Shown here piece after piece: positions 25,491 to 38,819 of a stretch of 64,000 nucleotides of DNA. Positions within the stretch are counted from its first letter, which is position 1; every line of letters starts with the position of its first letter. The translations under genes and the position numbers were made by a program. The notes below the pieces were generated by a model. It was given only the letters and a program-made list of their open reading frames with translations, did not search any database and had not been told where the DNA came from. This DNA is from Camelus ferus (taxonomy: Eukaryota), in the NCBI RefSeq assembly GCF_009834535.1, contig NC_045698.1, positions 8,248,001 to 8,312,000 on the forward strand, in the 5' to 3' direction.

Positions 25491-27059
25491 AAGCGGTGAT
25501 CTTTATTTTTTGCTTTATTCTGTTTAACCCCAAAGGGAGCAATAGTCTGTGAGAATCCCGTTAGTCTGTGGAGAGTGGGAATTATGGAAGACGTGTTTTC
25601 ATCTTTCAATCTGAACTTCCCTCCTCTCTTTTCTAATATAAGTGCTTTCACTATTTTTCTGAGTCATTACTCTTCTAAGAAACAGACCTTTCCTGATAAA
25701 GCAGCTCTCTTTTTCCTGCATGTGTTCTGTTTGAAGAGTAGGTAGGTTGTAATCAAGTGTACTCCAAATCTCGCACTGAGACAATGCGCATGGAAGTGTC
25801 TGGTACAGTTCCCAACAAATGGCCAGATCTTAAATGTTGGTTGAAGCTAAATTGAAATTAATCTCATCGATCAGTCCCAATAACTATACATCAGTTATTA
25901 AAATAAATCATCAGTTTCTGGATTGAGGAAAACAACGCATCATACATAAACCAAGATATTCTCTGTATTGACAATGGAATAAAAATACCCCTTCCCATTC
26001 ATTGTTAGGGTGTCAACTTCTAGGGAATCCTGTGCTTATCTGGTACCAAAAACTGATGCTCAAACCAAATCAACAATTTAAAAAATACCCTGAAATGTCT
26101 GAATACTCAATAAACTTAGGTAGACAAAAAAGTATCCTAAGTCAGTTCAGATCTCACCATTGCAGGAAAAATGAAAACTCCACATACTTATCACCAGTCA
26201 CTGCAAATATCACCTGGCTTACTCCTCCAAGAGCTGCATATTCGAACATAAATATTGAACACCAGGCGGTGAAGTATGCGGTGTGAAACGCATCTCAAAG
26301 TAGACTATGTTCTTATCTGAAGAACATAAACAGAATTGATTTTTTTTTTTTTTGCTATTCTCCCAGGTAGACTTAAAATCTGCTACTCAGAGAAAACTAA
26401 GGGTTATTATTGTAACTTAGATAAACAAAACCTAATGAACCCTGATGTGAGGATGGCATTTAGCAGAACATAAGCAGGTCAGCCGTCAGCACCTCTTAAT
26501 TTGCAATTAATCAGCCACTGCCTTCTAATATCTCTTCCACTGAATTTTCTTGTTGTTCACCTTTTTGCGCATCCCAAGCATATTTCAAAACTCCTGAAAA
26601 GCAGAGGCTACTCCAGCAAAGCCACTGAAGGAAACAAGTTTATCCGATCATTCATTCTTTCATTAGACAACTTGTTAAAACACCATGGTTACACACTCAG
26701 CCAATGTGACAGGAAAGAATGAAACAAAAATCATAGTTCTTGTCCTCAACAGACTGACTTCTTTGAAGCCCTCTTCAACCCATTCCTGGGAACCGGGGAG
26801 AAGCCCCAGAGCTTCCTGTACAAGGCAGGGTCCTCCATGATGGACTCTTCCCTGAGAAGACCCCCTACTGCCCCAGAAGAAGAATGAGCTTTCCCATCTG
26901 TGCTTCTGGCAAATGCTCCCACTCCTTGCCAGTAAAGAGTGACCGCCAGGCCTCTCACCTGACCAAGGACCATTCAAGAACAGCAAAAGCAGAAACCACG
27001 GAAGCCCTGTCTCTGAACACAGAAAGGGCCTTAGAACCCAATTTGAAAGTCACCATTAC

Positions 27060-27240
27060 ACTCATGGGTTCCATAATTCAACAAATACTTGTTACACACT
27101 GCCAGGTGCTGGGCAGTCCTTAGGTGCTAGCCAGCCAGGGCTGAACAAACTGACACCTTTCTTCAAAGAAAGTGAACTCAAGGAGTCTTGCGGGGGAAGC
27201 CGAGTCTTACACAAGCCATAATAAACCAGTAGTGCTGGCG
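27060..27240 (-). mobile_element. L2 3' end fragment
   Basis: attcaacaaatacttg...tgccaggtgctgggc...taggtgctag...ctgaacaa. Confidence 0.55.
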
Positions 27241-27839
27241 GACAGCTGGTTTGAACTGGGGGATGGAAGACTGGTCAAGGGATGTAGTAACAGCTGTGCT
27301 GGTTGTGGGACCCGAGCAGCGGCTGGACTAGCTACTTAGCTACTGCAGGAAGCGGTACAGACCATTCGTGACTGTGGATGACTTATAAACCAAACACGGA
27401 TGAGATACAAATAAATTATATGTATGTACAATGAGACTCTTCAAAAAAAAAATATATTCCATCCTTGCCTTCCACATCCTTCACGCCAGCACTCCCAGCC
27501 TCACTACCACCATCCACCTTCATGACCATGTGGGGTAACCTCTGTGTGCTTCCATCCCTGCTCATACCAGTCACCATGGGAAGCCCAGGAACCCCGGGTC
27601 CCCGTCAGCTCCTAGACCATCATCCTCAGGAGGCTTTGCACAACTTTTTGTCTAAGTCCATCTTCCACCCTCATCAACCCCTGGAACCTTTCCACTGTGT
27701 TCTCTGCCACTATGTCTTGTCTTCGTGGAGGGACAAAGAAGGAAGCTCTCAGTCCCAAAGGAGCATATTTTAAAAATCATGAAAGAGGAGACCTTGAAAT
27801 AGTGACAGAAATTTTACCATCAGAAATTGAGGCAGCATG

Positions 27840-28111
27840 TTGGCAATTATAAAAAATGTTGCTGTTAATAGCAGGTGTATATATCTTTTTTGAGTTAATT
27901 CTTCTTTTGTGGTTGGCTTTATTCCTTTGATAACTATGTAAGTTTAAAAAGCCAAAGCCTCTAAACGTTCTTGGAAACAATGAACAATACACATACGCAA
28001 ATTAAAAAATGCGTGCAGTATATTGTGTGTATGTATTTACATGCAATATATTGTATGTGTGCAGTCAAATTGTAACAATTCTGCCTTATAAAACTGCTAA
28101 ACGAAAAAAAA
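27840..28111 (+). mobile_element. Polyadenylated retro-insertion with perfect 18-bp TSD (non-canonical body)
   Basis: agaaattgaggcagcatg at 27822-27839 and 28112-28129, with an A-run immediately before the second copy. Confidence 0.75.
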
Positions 28112-29630
28112 AGAAATTGAGGCAGCATGCTTCTCACACAAAGGAAATTCAACAAATCGAGGGCAGAAGTGCCTGATGTGTATTTTAACATCAAACACGA
28201 GCCCTAATAGAAGTTTCAGTAATGTCGGTAGTTAAGCGTATGAAAATTTAATTGTCATCTAGATTATTATATTCACATTAGAAACGGTATCAATGAACGA
28301 AATGGTATACAGCCACAGAAACAAGCCTAAAGATTGCAGTGGGGGAGTATTTATGACTTCAGAGGGGTCAGCTTGCATCTGGGCCCTCGGCATTTTCAGA
28401 CTGCCATCTGTCCCTGCAGCAATCACACAAAGGCAGCCTGCAAATTCACGCGCCACGCGGGGAGGGCACAGCTCACCGCCTTATCACCTCTCCTAGACTG
28501 AGTACCTGCACAAGGTAAGGGGAGGTGTTCATTCTTCATGAGAGCTGTCAGTCTTAGTTTCTTGCCAGATCCTACTTGCCAAGAACACGCTGTGGCTCTC
28601 AGCTCTTTACAGCTGGGCTGTTACATTTCCCTGGGGAATACTGCCTTCAATTGAGAGATCAATTGCCGAAGTGACCCCAAACTGCCATAGGTGACTTCTT
28701 TAAGATTTTTATATTATTACTCTAAATTTCTGTTTTCTGACTTTGCTTTTGGGTGAATTTAAAAGCTGTCAACCACGTGGTAATATGATTCCAAAAATAA
28801 GCAAGTAATATATGCACCTTTGTTAGAAATTCAAATGGCACAAGGAGGTATCTGACGATGTTGTTCGTATTCAAAAGCAACAGATCCCAGCTGGTTTATT
28901 AACCTCACACAAAGACAGCTTTAGTCATGAGAGTCAAGACACAAAAAGCTTTCTCCCAAACTCCAGACAAGCCAGAGAGAGTTGAAGATCTCAACATATT
29001 TTGCAAACAGTTTCGGCATTATTTTTCTTTCCGTAAACTGACTTTATAGGTGCTTGTACCGCCACAATGCCTGTCCATGTCTTGTGACAATTACTTATGG
29101 AACAAGTACGGATGCTATCATGAATAGAACCTAAGTACACTCTTCTCTACCTCCTTTTCCAAACTCTGATCCTGGGAGTGGGAGCCTTTGAGAGAGTAAC
29201 ACAATGTGGAAATCACTCACAGAGAAAAAATTCTGCCTCAATTACATCAAATCAGTATTTCCATTTAAATGCCTTTACTATTATTTCATCCTGAAAGATA
29301 ATTATCAAAGTACAAAAGATATGAATGAGAGTGCAAGAGAATCATTACATTTATAACTGACATTCCCTGGAAGGTAAATGTTTGGTCGCCATTTGTAACT
29401 TTTACGTGTGAACAGGATTAACTACAGAGAATGCAGACAGAGTATGTGCTTCTCCCACAGCAACTCCCACCCTCTCTGTGGGACCATTTCTACTCCTTGG
29501 ATAAAATCACAGGTGGGTGGTCCCTGTCATCTCCTCCTCCTCCTCCTCTTCCTACTCATTCTCATTCCTAGGTCTATCCTTTTTCTTATCCTTATGTTGA
29601 TTACTCAGATGATAATTTTAGAAGTCCTTT

Positions 29631-30179
29631 TGAGACAGGAAGGAAGGGGGCAGGGCATAACCATGGAAAGAATGACATGGCCATTGAGGAAAAACAGGAT
29701 AGAATAAAGACTGATCAGAACCAACGAGGACCAAGATGGTGGAAGATCTGACTTTCTGTAACCTTGAGCCTCATTACACGCTCATTGTAATACACCAGCA
29801 TGTTAAATGACACACCCACAGGTGCTCTGAGAGGGCCAAGGCTGACCATTAAAGGCCAGAAAGTGAGCGGCAGCCCAATTCCTGGGAATCCCAGCCCCTT
29901 CCCCAAAATATTTGGAATAATCCTCCCACTTGTTAGCATATGAAATTACCCAGCCCATAAATACCAACCCCCTCCACACCCCCGGGGCTGCTCTCACTTT
30001 CTGACATGATCTGCGTTTTGCCTATGGAATGTGTATCTCTCTCAATAAAACTGCTTTCGTTTTACTTTTGCTCGGTCTCGAGTTCTTTCCTACACGAAGC
30101 CAAGGACGTTCACTTGGTGGTCCATTCCAGGGGCTCACGCACACCCACCTGGGACATGATATTTCCTCCTCCTGCAATG
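29631..30179 (+). mobile_element. MER41-like ERV1 solo LTR
   Basis: Starts TG. caagatggtggaag...ctcattacacgctcattgtaatacaccagcatgttaaatgacacacccac...gaataatcctcccacttgttagcatat...ggggctgctct...aataaaactgctttc...ttctttcctacacgaagccaagg follows the MER41 layout. Confidence 0.8.
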
Positions 30180-32169
30180 CTGTGTGTCATAAAAGCAAGA
30201 TAATTTCAGTAATTAAACTCTGGTTGCTTGTAAGAGTCAAAATTCCAAAATACATATAAAAGTTCAAGAGCCTTCCCACTTTGAACCTGCTTCAGTGGGG
30301 AAGCCTCCAGTAGTAAAGCAGAGAAGTGTCTGACCCCTCACTGAGTCCCTGACCTTGAATTTCTCTGGCTTCACACCCGAGCTTGCTGGCTGGGGCTTCC
30401 CACTCGTTCAAGAGTCAGCACGGGTGGGGTGAGTACTGAGAATGGGAGAGTCTGACTTGAGGAGAAAGTTCATGGACCAGCTTTGATGCTCGATGGTGTG
30501 GACATCTGTTGGGAGCTGACTCCTTACCCCTGTGGAAAAGATGTTCAGGAGGGACATCTGAAGGTCACTGCCTGGGACGTGGGCAATACCTCTCCACTGT
30601 TCTTCCACTAACATCCACCCCCAGCCCAGTGCTACACCTGACAGTGTCCTTGTAGCCTTCTTTTCTAAAGTTTCCCACTCCTGGTAAGCTTCCAGAGTGG
30701 GGTTCTTTCCCCAATGACCCAGCAAGGCTCCTGTACCAGGGTCCACATCTTGTCCCCTCTTCGCCCCATAGTCCAAAGGGCCATTTTCTCTCCTGTGGCT
30801 CCCCGCTTTGCTGCCATGGGCCACTCCAGCCAGCTTCTGCCTGGGGGCTGGGTAGGCTTGAGTTATAAACTGGTGAAATATTTCTATAAAAGAGAGTTGA
30901 TGTGTCTAAGAAAACTAGGTGGAATGCTCTGGAAAGGCATTACCCCAAGTTACTGAAAAACTGATGAGAAAAAAAGGCAAAAGATGAAAAGAATCATAAA
31001 ATACAATTTAAAACATTAGTCAAGAAGATCTCTGTATTCCAACTACTTCACAAGTAACTCTAAGTGCCCTCCTTTTTGAAGACACTAGGACCCGGAAGGG
31101 GCAGGGCTGCATGAGGGGTGACATTTGTACCCAATGGATGGGAGGCAACACAAGAAAAGGCCCAGCTCCTCAGCAGAAAGTTAGCAAAGGACTCAACATT
31201 TGCACAGTTTATGTTAAAACAAATGCCTAACGGATGCATGCATCATATTTTTGACTTTCTCTTTGAACCAGGTTTTTCAACTGCCTGACCCTCTCCCACC
31301 ATCACTGACTTGGTAAGAAGAGAGAGTTTCCATCCTGCCATATTGTCTCCTCTCCTCAGGCTGTGGAGTCAGAAAAGAAAAGGGAAACCCCCAAAAATCT
31401 GAGGCAGAAAACAAAAACAAAAGCTTTTCAGGTTTTGAGCCCCCCTCCCATATCTGTTTTTTCATTCATGCCCCCAATTCTAAGTATATTAGTCCTCTTA
31501 TGTCTCCACATCTTCACTGCGTAATCCCTCAAAAAGGCACCACAGGCAGGTTTCCGTGAAGGGAATTCCTTATCCTGCGAATTAAAACTCAACAGCTCCT
31601 CACCGTCTTCCTCCGTTGAGTTATTCTCTGGAGCACTGACACAGGCATCCACCTGCTTCCTGTGCTGTTGGGTTGCGTTTTCCTCCTATTTCTCTGACTA
31701 CTTGTTTTTTCCCTTCTTCAGTGCTACCCTCATTGGCACAACCCGAGGTTTGTCTTCCCCGCATTCACAACTCCTTGATTCAAGCCCGTTATTTCAACTC
31801 ACACATCTAGGGTGGCACCAGTGGTGTCTCGATGCCAACAGCTCTGAGCACTGCTCTTGACCACTGGCAGGGGCTCAACAAAAGTGGTGAATGAATGGGC
31901 AACTTCCAAATCTACCTTGTTAGCCTTGACGTCTTCCCAGGTTCCAAATCTACATTCCCAGGGTCATCACTGGGCAGTGCCCAACAGGGACAGTTACTTA
32001 ATTGAGACTCTTTTCCTTTATCTAGCACCCAGAAGTGATAATAAAATATCAGTGATGATGATAAAATGATAAACATTGTATTATAAACAATGACGCATGC
32101 CAAGGACTTACAAAGTGCTAGGAACATACCAAGCCCTCCGTAAACAGTAGCTTTGTTTCATGACGTATT

Positions 32170-33135
32170 AGATATCGCCTTTCCGATGTCATCTCGTATT
32201 TGTCTAAAACTTAATCCATTACCTTAAACCTAAAAAGTGGTTCTCGTCCTCTGTGCCTTGCTTCAGTGACTCGATTACCACAGCTTTAGTCATCTATTTC
32301 TGAATCAGTTTCTACTCCCTTCTCAACCCTTACCTCCAATAAATTACCAAATTCTGCCCATTTCCCCAACCTCGCCTCCAAAAAAAAATCTACAAAGCTA
32401 AAAATATTAAAGCTGAACTGTGTTCCTCTTTCTGTTCCCACAGTCACTGACCTACTTTGGGCCCTCGTCACCTTTCATCTGGACCGTGCAGTAGGCCCCT
32501 TCCTGGGCTATTGTACGTGGATGCCTTATACAGCACCAGCCCGTAATAGTCCCCCTCTGCTTCTGAAACACTCTGAGACGGATGCCAGTTATATGCCTAC
32601 ACGATAATGTTTTTAAATGGCTCGGAAACTTTCAACGGCTCCTTACTACTTGAAGAATCAATTCATGCTTCTAAGCATGAAACGGTCTGACCCCAACCCA
32701 CCTTTCCAATCTCCTCTCCCAGGTGCATGTAGGCGGGTACCTGTGATTCCCTGCCTGGGGCACTTTCTCAGATTTCCAGTGCATTCCCTTGCTGTAGAAA
32801 AGATTCTGCTTCCATTTCTGAGCATCAAAACCTTACTTGTACTTCAAAGCCCTTCACTTTCCGGATGCTCTTCTGTATCAACTGTTTTTTTTTTTGGGGG
32901 GGGGGGGAATTAAGACCGTCTTTCTCCATTTTTCTGTGATGTTTCCTCAAAACTGTTATAAGCCATGTATTCTGTCTGTGTTCAATAATAATTTATACAC
33001 ATGCAGCCATTATATACAAATGTATTTGGACATCTATGTGTTATAGACTAACAGGCTGTATGCCTGTGGAGGATTTTATTTATCTTGACTTTACTTAACA
33101 CAGCGGTGGAAGGGTTCAAAACATGAATGAATAAA
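32170..33135 (+). mobile_element. L2 LINE 3' region
   Basis: gtcactgacctactttgggccctcgtcacctttcatctggac...; ends ...atgaatgaataaatg (L2 tail). Confidence 0.65.
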
Positions 33136-34049
33136 TGTATAAACATATCCTACTCCACATAAATCTAACTGTGATCACTGGCATTTTGAAATGTGTTATA
33201 AAATATGTGGCAGGAAACACACATTTTTTTCTAAATTATATAAAATAATTCCCCAAAGTTGTTAGCCAACTCTGGCTTATTTATTACCTGTTATAAATTT
33301 AGTACAATCTAAAAAACTTTTGGTTGAACAATCAGGACCAGACTTCAGATCAGTTTGGCCCAGGCTCACTTAGCGCTGCATTACTTACATATTCCTGTGA
33401 CAGGGGCTGAAATCCTATAACCGACCCTGGCGCCTACCAGAGAATGACTCTATGTCCCTCCATCTCTCTACTTTGAGCATCTGCTGTCTTATGACTTCCG
33501 GTGCTATTGGGTTTCTGGCAGTTGCTTCCACTCTGGGTAAGCCCTTCGGGTACACAGTCTGGAGACGGCCCGCTGGGCATTACTGGCTTTTCCTTTAGAT
33601 CTATCTGTCCCCTCACCTCCATGTGCCGCACTCCTGGGACAAGCAAATTGTGCCAACCCACACTTCCAAAGAGGCCAGACTCTCTCCTGGAACTTGGTAT
33701 TCTCTCCTTAACAGCTGCATGGAGCCTGCCAACCTGATATAAACCTCTGGTGAGAGACTGAATGCCCTGATGCTGGGGAATGATCTCCCATTTGTGCACA
33801 ATAAGGAGCAATTGGATAGAAAGTCACTCTGAGAAGAAAATTAAAGCTAAGCAATGTTTAGATTATTTTCTTACCAAAAGCCATGAAGAAGAGAAGTGTC
33901 AAAAGTCTCACTGAAAAGAGATCCCGGCAGAAAGATGTGACTATAATTTGTGTCCCTGGTTCAGTAAACACTCAATGCCTTAGTAGATTATAAGGAGGTA
34001 CAATGTTTAGATTCTCCACCTCTACCCTATTCTCTTTATGCATACCACT

Positions 34050-34355
34050 GTGTCACGACGTCAGCATGGTGCCACCTGGAGGACTTCTGCCTTTAACACT
34101 CAGCTCAGACATCAGTCTTCCCAAGGCCAGCCCCAGCCTGCCCTGACGCCCCTCTCACTGTGCTTGCCTTCACACCTTCATTCTAGCATTCATCACCTCG
34201 TCACACATTAAACATCCGACTCCCGCCACCACTAGGACACTTGAGTGCTTAGAGGAGAGATGCTATTTTAATTTTAACTGTGTTTCTTCTACTGCTATTC
34301 ACATCCCCAACAGAGAGTCATCAGCACTTAAATGTTTGTGGAATGAACAAGCCTG
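34050..34355 (+). mobile_element. L2 3' end
   Basis: actcagctcagacatcagtcttcccaaggcc...ccactaggacacttgag...cacttaaatgtttgtggaatgaa. Confidence 0.65.
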
Positions 34356-35080
34356 AAAGAATGAAAGGGTTGATTCCACCTAAATGACGACACTTCAAGT
34401 TGGAAAACAAGTGCTTATTCTTCACCCTGACAATTGTCCCGGAACCCCCAAGTGGCTGACTCGTATTTGGGGAACACGTTAGATGCCTTTGGAAGATGCA
34501 GTCATTCTCCTGCAAGGCTCTCTGATATCCTGAGCCAGTTATGACGTTCTGGTTCCAGGATGATGGAGGTGCTGCTGGGTAAAGGATCTTGGAATTTTTG
34601 AAGCCGAAAAGGTGCTGTTTCAAGTAGTGCGGGTCCTGCATTTGATAATGACAGATGGAATTTAACTTTGCGGTACATGTCCCTTCTGGGGGACATCACT
34701 TTAGGGAGCCCTTTCAGTCATGCAGATGGTAGGCAAGTGTGACCCCAGCATGGGCTTCAGCCCAGGACTTTAAGTGTGGTATAGTAATATGAATTGAGTA
34801 TATTTTTAGCTAGGCTACTCCTATGAAGAGGAAGAAGGTGTCCTATGCCTGTGCTTGAGACATGCCCATAATGACTCCACACAGTTCTCAGAAAACCTGG
34901 GGTGGGGGCTGGGGAGTGGGTATTGGGGTGGTCTAATCTCTCTTAAACTCTCCTTAAAGAAGAACCTGTGACTAGAAATCAGACTGGGTTTGGTCCCCTA
35001 TACCTGTATTGTTGGAGTCTGACGTAGTTAAGATGAGGATGGTCCAAATGGAAAATATCACTGTGTATTGTGACGGTCTC

Positions 35081-35465
35081 TGCAGAGGACTGAATGTGTG
35101 TGTGTCCCCAGCCTCACCCCAACCCCCACCCCCACCCCCACCTAAATTCATCTGTTGAAATCCTAGCCCTCCAGTGTGATGGTATTAGGAGGCGGAGCCT
35201 TCGGAAGGTGGCCAGGTCATGAGGGTGAAGCCCTGCAATGGGATTAGTCCCTCTTAGGGATCCCAGGGAGCTCTCTCGCCCTCTCTCTGCTGTGTGAGGG
35301 CGTAGCAAGAAGGCAGCCATCAGCAAACCAGGAAGAGAGACCTCCCCAGAACCTGACCATGCTGCACCCTAATCTTGGACTTCGGCCTCCAGAACTGCGA
35401 GAAATAAGTTACTTCTTCTTATTTGTCAGTGAAATTTTGTTAGAGCAGCCCAAACAGACTAGGAT
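35081..35465 (+). mobile_element. MLT1A-type MaLR solo LTR
   Basis: ggactgaatgtgtgtgtcccc...aaattcatctgttgaaatcctagcc...gggattagtccctctta...cctccagaactgcgagaaataa...gcagcccaaacagactagga. Confidence 0.9.
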
Positions 35466-37611
35466 GGTCTTATACAGGGGCCAGGGTGTGTCCTGTAGAG
35501 GAGGGCAGGGGGTTCTGCTCAGAAAAAGGACTGTCCCTTCTCCATCATCCAGAGGCAGAAAAAGAGCTGGTCTTCAGAATGGGGAGGGGGTTCCTATTCC
35601 TCCGTGGCTCCAGGGGGTGCCACATGGTCTTGGAGGATGCGGCAATGAGGTACAAGGTGCCTCCCACAAGGCTGCTGAAGCCTGTCATGGGCTCATGCAC
35701 AGCCAGCACCTGGATCTGAGAGCAGGTGGACATCCTTTCCTCATGGGCTTTCCCAAATTTTTACAGTAATCAGAGCTATGGGAACCAGAGTGGTGGGGTG
35801 GGGGAAGTCCTGTCCATATGAAATGCTCAGAATACTGAGAATAACTCTGTGTGGGCTGACCTCCAGCAAATAAGGAGAGAGAAGTCTTCTGACAAGATGC
35901 ACTGGACAGAGAAAGCAGAAGAATTTTATTTTGTCAGCATTAGCTACCTATGAAGGTGGCAGTCTTCATCTCTGTCTTCAGTCCCTCTATGTTACGGCTG
36001 CTAGGATTTAGAATTACTTTAAGTATATGAAATAATACTCTAATCTCCAGTGAGTTATTCTAAGGAAATAATTCAGCTACTAGAAATTGCTGGTCTCTCC
36101 TCAGGCCAGAAAATTTTTGCTTACAAACATTTCCTTTTTTTTAGGCACAAAACCAGGAGCCTGTTCTGTAGCCCAAGTTCTCTTCGTCCACATAAGCGTT
36201 TAAATGCACAGTGTTAGGCTAACATGGATCCAGACTTTTTTCCTTGCATTTCTGTTGATGGTTGGCTAAGCAAACAATTACTGCGTTCTTCAGACTTCGG
36301 GCTGAATCAACAGATGTCCTGCTGGAGAGGAAGGTGTTTCCCTTCTGTCTCTGATAATGACAATGCAAAGGAGAAAACTGGTTTTCTTTAATGTAGCTCC
36401 AAACACCATATATCAACACATTATCAAATGAAATTATCTCTTTTATGCTGTACTCGAAAAAAATTTTAATATTCATGTGAAATAAAAAACGCTTAGAGGC
36501 AGAAAAAAATAAATGTAACATAAAAAATGTCTCCAGGATGCAACACCGTTTCCAAGTCATCATGAAAAGGACAAAACAGGTGCTACTGAGGTTAGAACTG
36601 AAGAGAATCACTAGAAATACTAAGTTGGGCTGACATCAACACGATACTAACACCAGATACTAACACCGTTTAGTAGGCAACTTACTGAGAGCTCTGAATT
36701 CTTTTTAAAAGACAAAAACCAATCAACGGCTTTAAAATACAAAAGAGTGCCATGAAGATCAGATAACTAAGCGTTAAGGCAAAAAGACCACATTTCTAGG
36801 AACTCTATAAAGCCTGACATTCTGTTGGTTTCCCTAAGGCACTGCATCAGTGAACAGATTTGGGTTTTATTGGCTAGAGGGAACGATTCTCTGTAAATAC
36901 AGGCATTTAGACTTATAAAAGGCACTTATAAAACGGATAGAGGATGCCAGAAATTATACACACTGTGGACTATAAAAAATACTGCTAAAAAGCCACCCTG
37001 TAGGAGGTTCTATAACATTTATCTAGTTGGAACCAGCTTTGTATTTCCCCTGATTCTCCCATCTAACAGTAGACTTTGTGGGGTAGGGGAAGAAAAGAAA
37101 GTAAATAATGAAAAAACGTAAGAAAAGTATGAGGGTTAAAGAGTGGCTCATGGAAAAGGGAGGAGCTTGAAATCAGGAGAATATTTATAATTATAGGGGA
37201 GAGCAATTGAGCAGTAGAGAAAGGAGCCACAGAGTTTCAAAGTAAAATAAAAGGTAAATGAGTAAGAAATGAGTGCTTGGTTTGCTTATTTTTTAAAAAG
37301 GTACAACTCATAAAAAATCTCTGAGGTAGGAAACAGACTGCAGGTCGATGCAGTAGTCTCTTTCTCTTTCTCCTTCCCTTTCTTTAGCGAGAAATGCATT
37401 TAAATGAGAGCAGACACAGCTCTTCCAAACAGGCTTTACTGGGGAGCGGGTTTAAATTTCTCACCTTTTCAAGAGAGGGCTCCTCCACCCCACCTTACTA
37501 AGGCAAAAATGCTTGTTGTAACTTTTAGGAACAGAATCCAGTCTTCACAAGATACAAACAAGATAATTTAAAAAAATAAAAAGCCCTGCATTTTCACCAA
37601 GACCAAAACCC

Positions 37612-37765
37612 CTTGCTACTTAAGTGTGGTCTTTGTTCCTTACAACATGGGAGACATCTAAGAGCTCGTTACAAATGCTCAATCTCAGGCTCCATCCTCA
37701 GATGACTCAGTCTGAATCTGCGTTTAGCAAGATGCTTGATTCCTATGATCATTAAAGCTGCACTA
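37612..37765. mobile_element. MER5A-like hAT DNA transposon
   Basis: gctacttaagtgtggtc...gagctcgttacaaatgctcaatctcaggctccatcc...gaatctgcgtttagcaagat. Confidence 0.7.
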
Positions 37766-37940
37766 GATAAATAACTGTTGTAAGAGATAAATTGAGTTTG
37801 TTGAGGTATCATTTATGACAACTTTACCTTGTGATTATGTTTGTGTAATCAAATGTCCTTAATTTGTACTTTCTCCTTATTAATTATTACTGACTCTCTC
37901 TAATTGTACATCCTTGTGAATGGCATTAAAAATTATCTAA

Positions 37941-37989
37941 TACACCAGAAATTAACACAGCATTGTAGATCAACTATACATCTATTAAA
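37941..37989 (+). mobile_element. Severely 5'-truncated L1 (about 50-nt 3' tip) with TSD
   Basis: tacaccagaaattaacacagcattgtagatcaactatacatctattaaaa, flanked by aaaaattatctaa and aaaaattatgtaa. Confidence 0.8.
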
Positions 37990-38819
37990 AAAAATTATGT
38001 AAGAAACAGAATTCAAAGTCATGAAAAAGTAAATAGACTCACATTAAAATGTATTTGAATAGAAATTCTGTCTCTGGCTTTCATCATCACTTCATGAAAG
38101 GGGAACACGTTGCAGAGTTTCTACATGACTAAACAGGAAACTTTGTTAATACGGTACTATGCCCAAGAATCTGAACTTTATGATAATAAGGCCTTGCACA
38201 GTAAAAACTCCATGGCATTTCACTTTGTCTTGCTGAGAGCTAATTGGAATTATTCTTTAAAGGAATCATTATTTTCAGCATTTCTATCATGTTTTCTCAG
38301 AAAATGTTAAAGGTCATTTCACTTTCCTAAGAAAAAAATAGCTAACATTTAATGAATCAGGAGACATATCATTCTATTTGGTTTCTGTCTGTAGTAGGCA
38401 AAGATCAAAACCAAAGTTTTAACCCAGGCTGTGTTGGGGAATTGGAATAACTGATCCCGAACCACAGTTGCAGGGGAGATCGGACATGGCAGGAATCCTA
38501 CATCAGAGCCGAGATGGTTTCAAGGAGGAAGGTCAATGATGGAGCCAAGGGTAGTAAGTGGGAAGCCAAGACAGAAAGCCAGGAGCACTAACTTCCAGGA
38601 TTTCCCATTCCATCCAGTTTTCCCCAAATTTAGAGGGTGATGAATAAGCCCTTTGGGGGGCACTCAGTAGATAGATCATCTGATTTGGAGAAATGTAGTG
38701 AAACCTTCCATCTTATCTCAAATAATTATTTCATCTCCCATTTTTCTCCTGCCCATTCATTTTCTCTTTATAGGCCAAGCACCGAGATTGAGGCTGGGAT
38801 GCTGAGATGAAAAGACATC

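Noticed and set aside
26223..26316. Possible minus-strand exon (KNIVYFEMRFTPHTSPPGVQYLCSNMQLLE)
   Set aside because: The donor is weak, no protein is recognised, and the acceptor overlaps a small local inverted repeat
34321..34699. Two overlapping minus-strand ORFs with protein-like composition
   Set aside because: No recognisable homology, poor pyrimidine tract and no convincing donor
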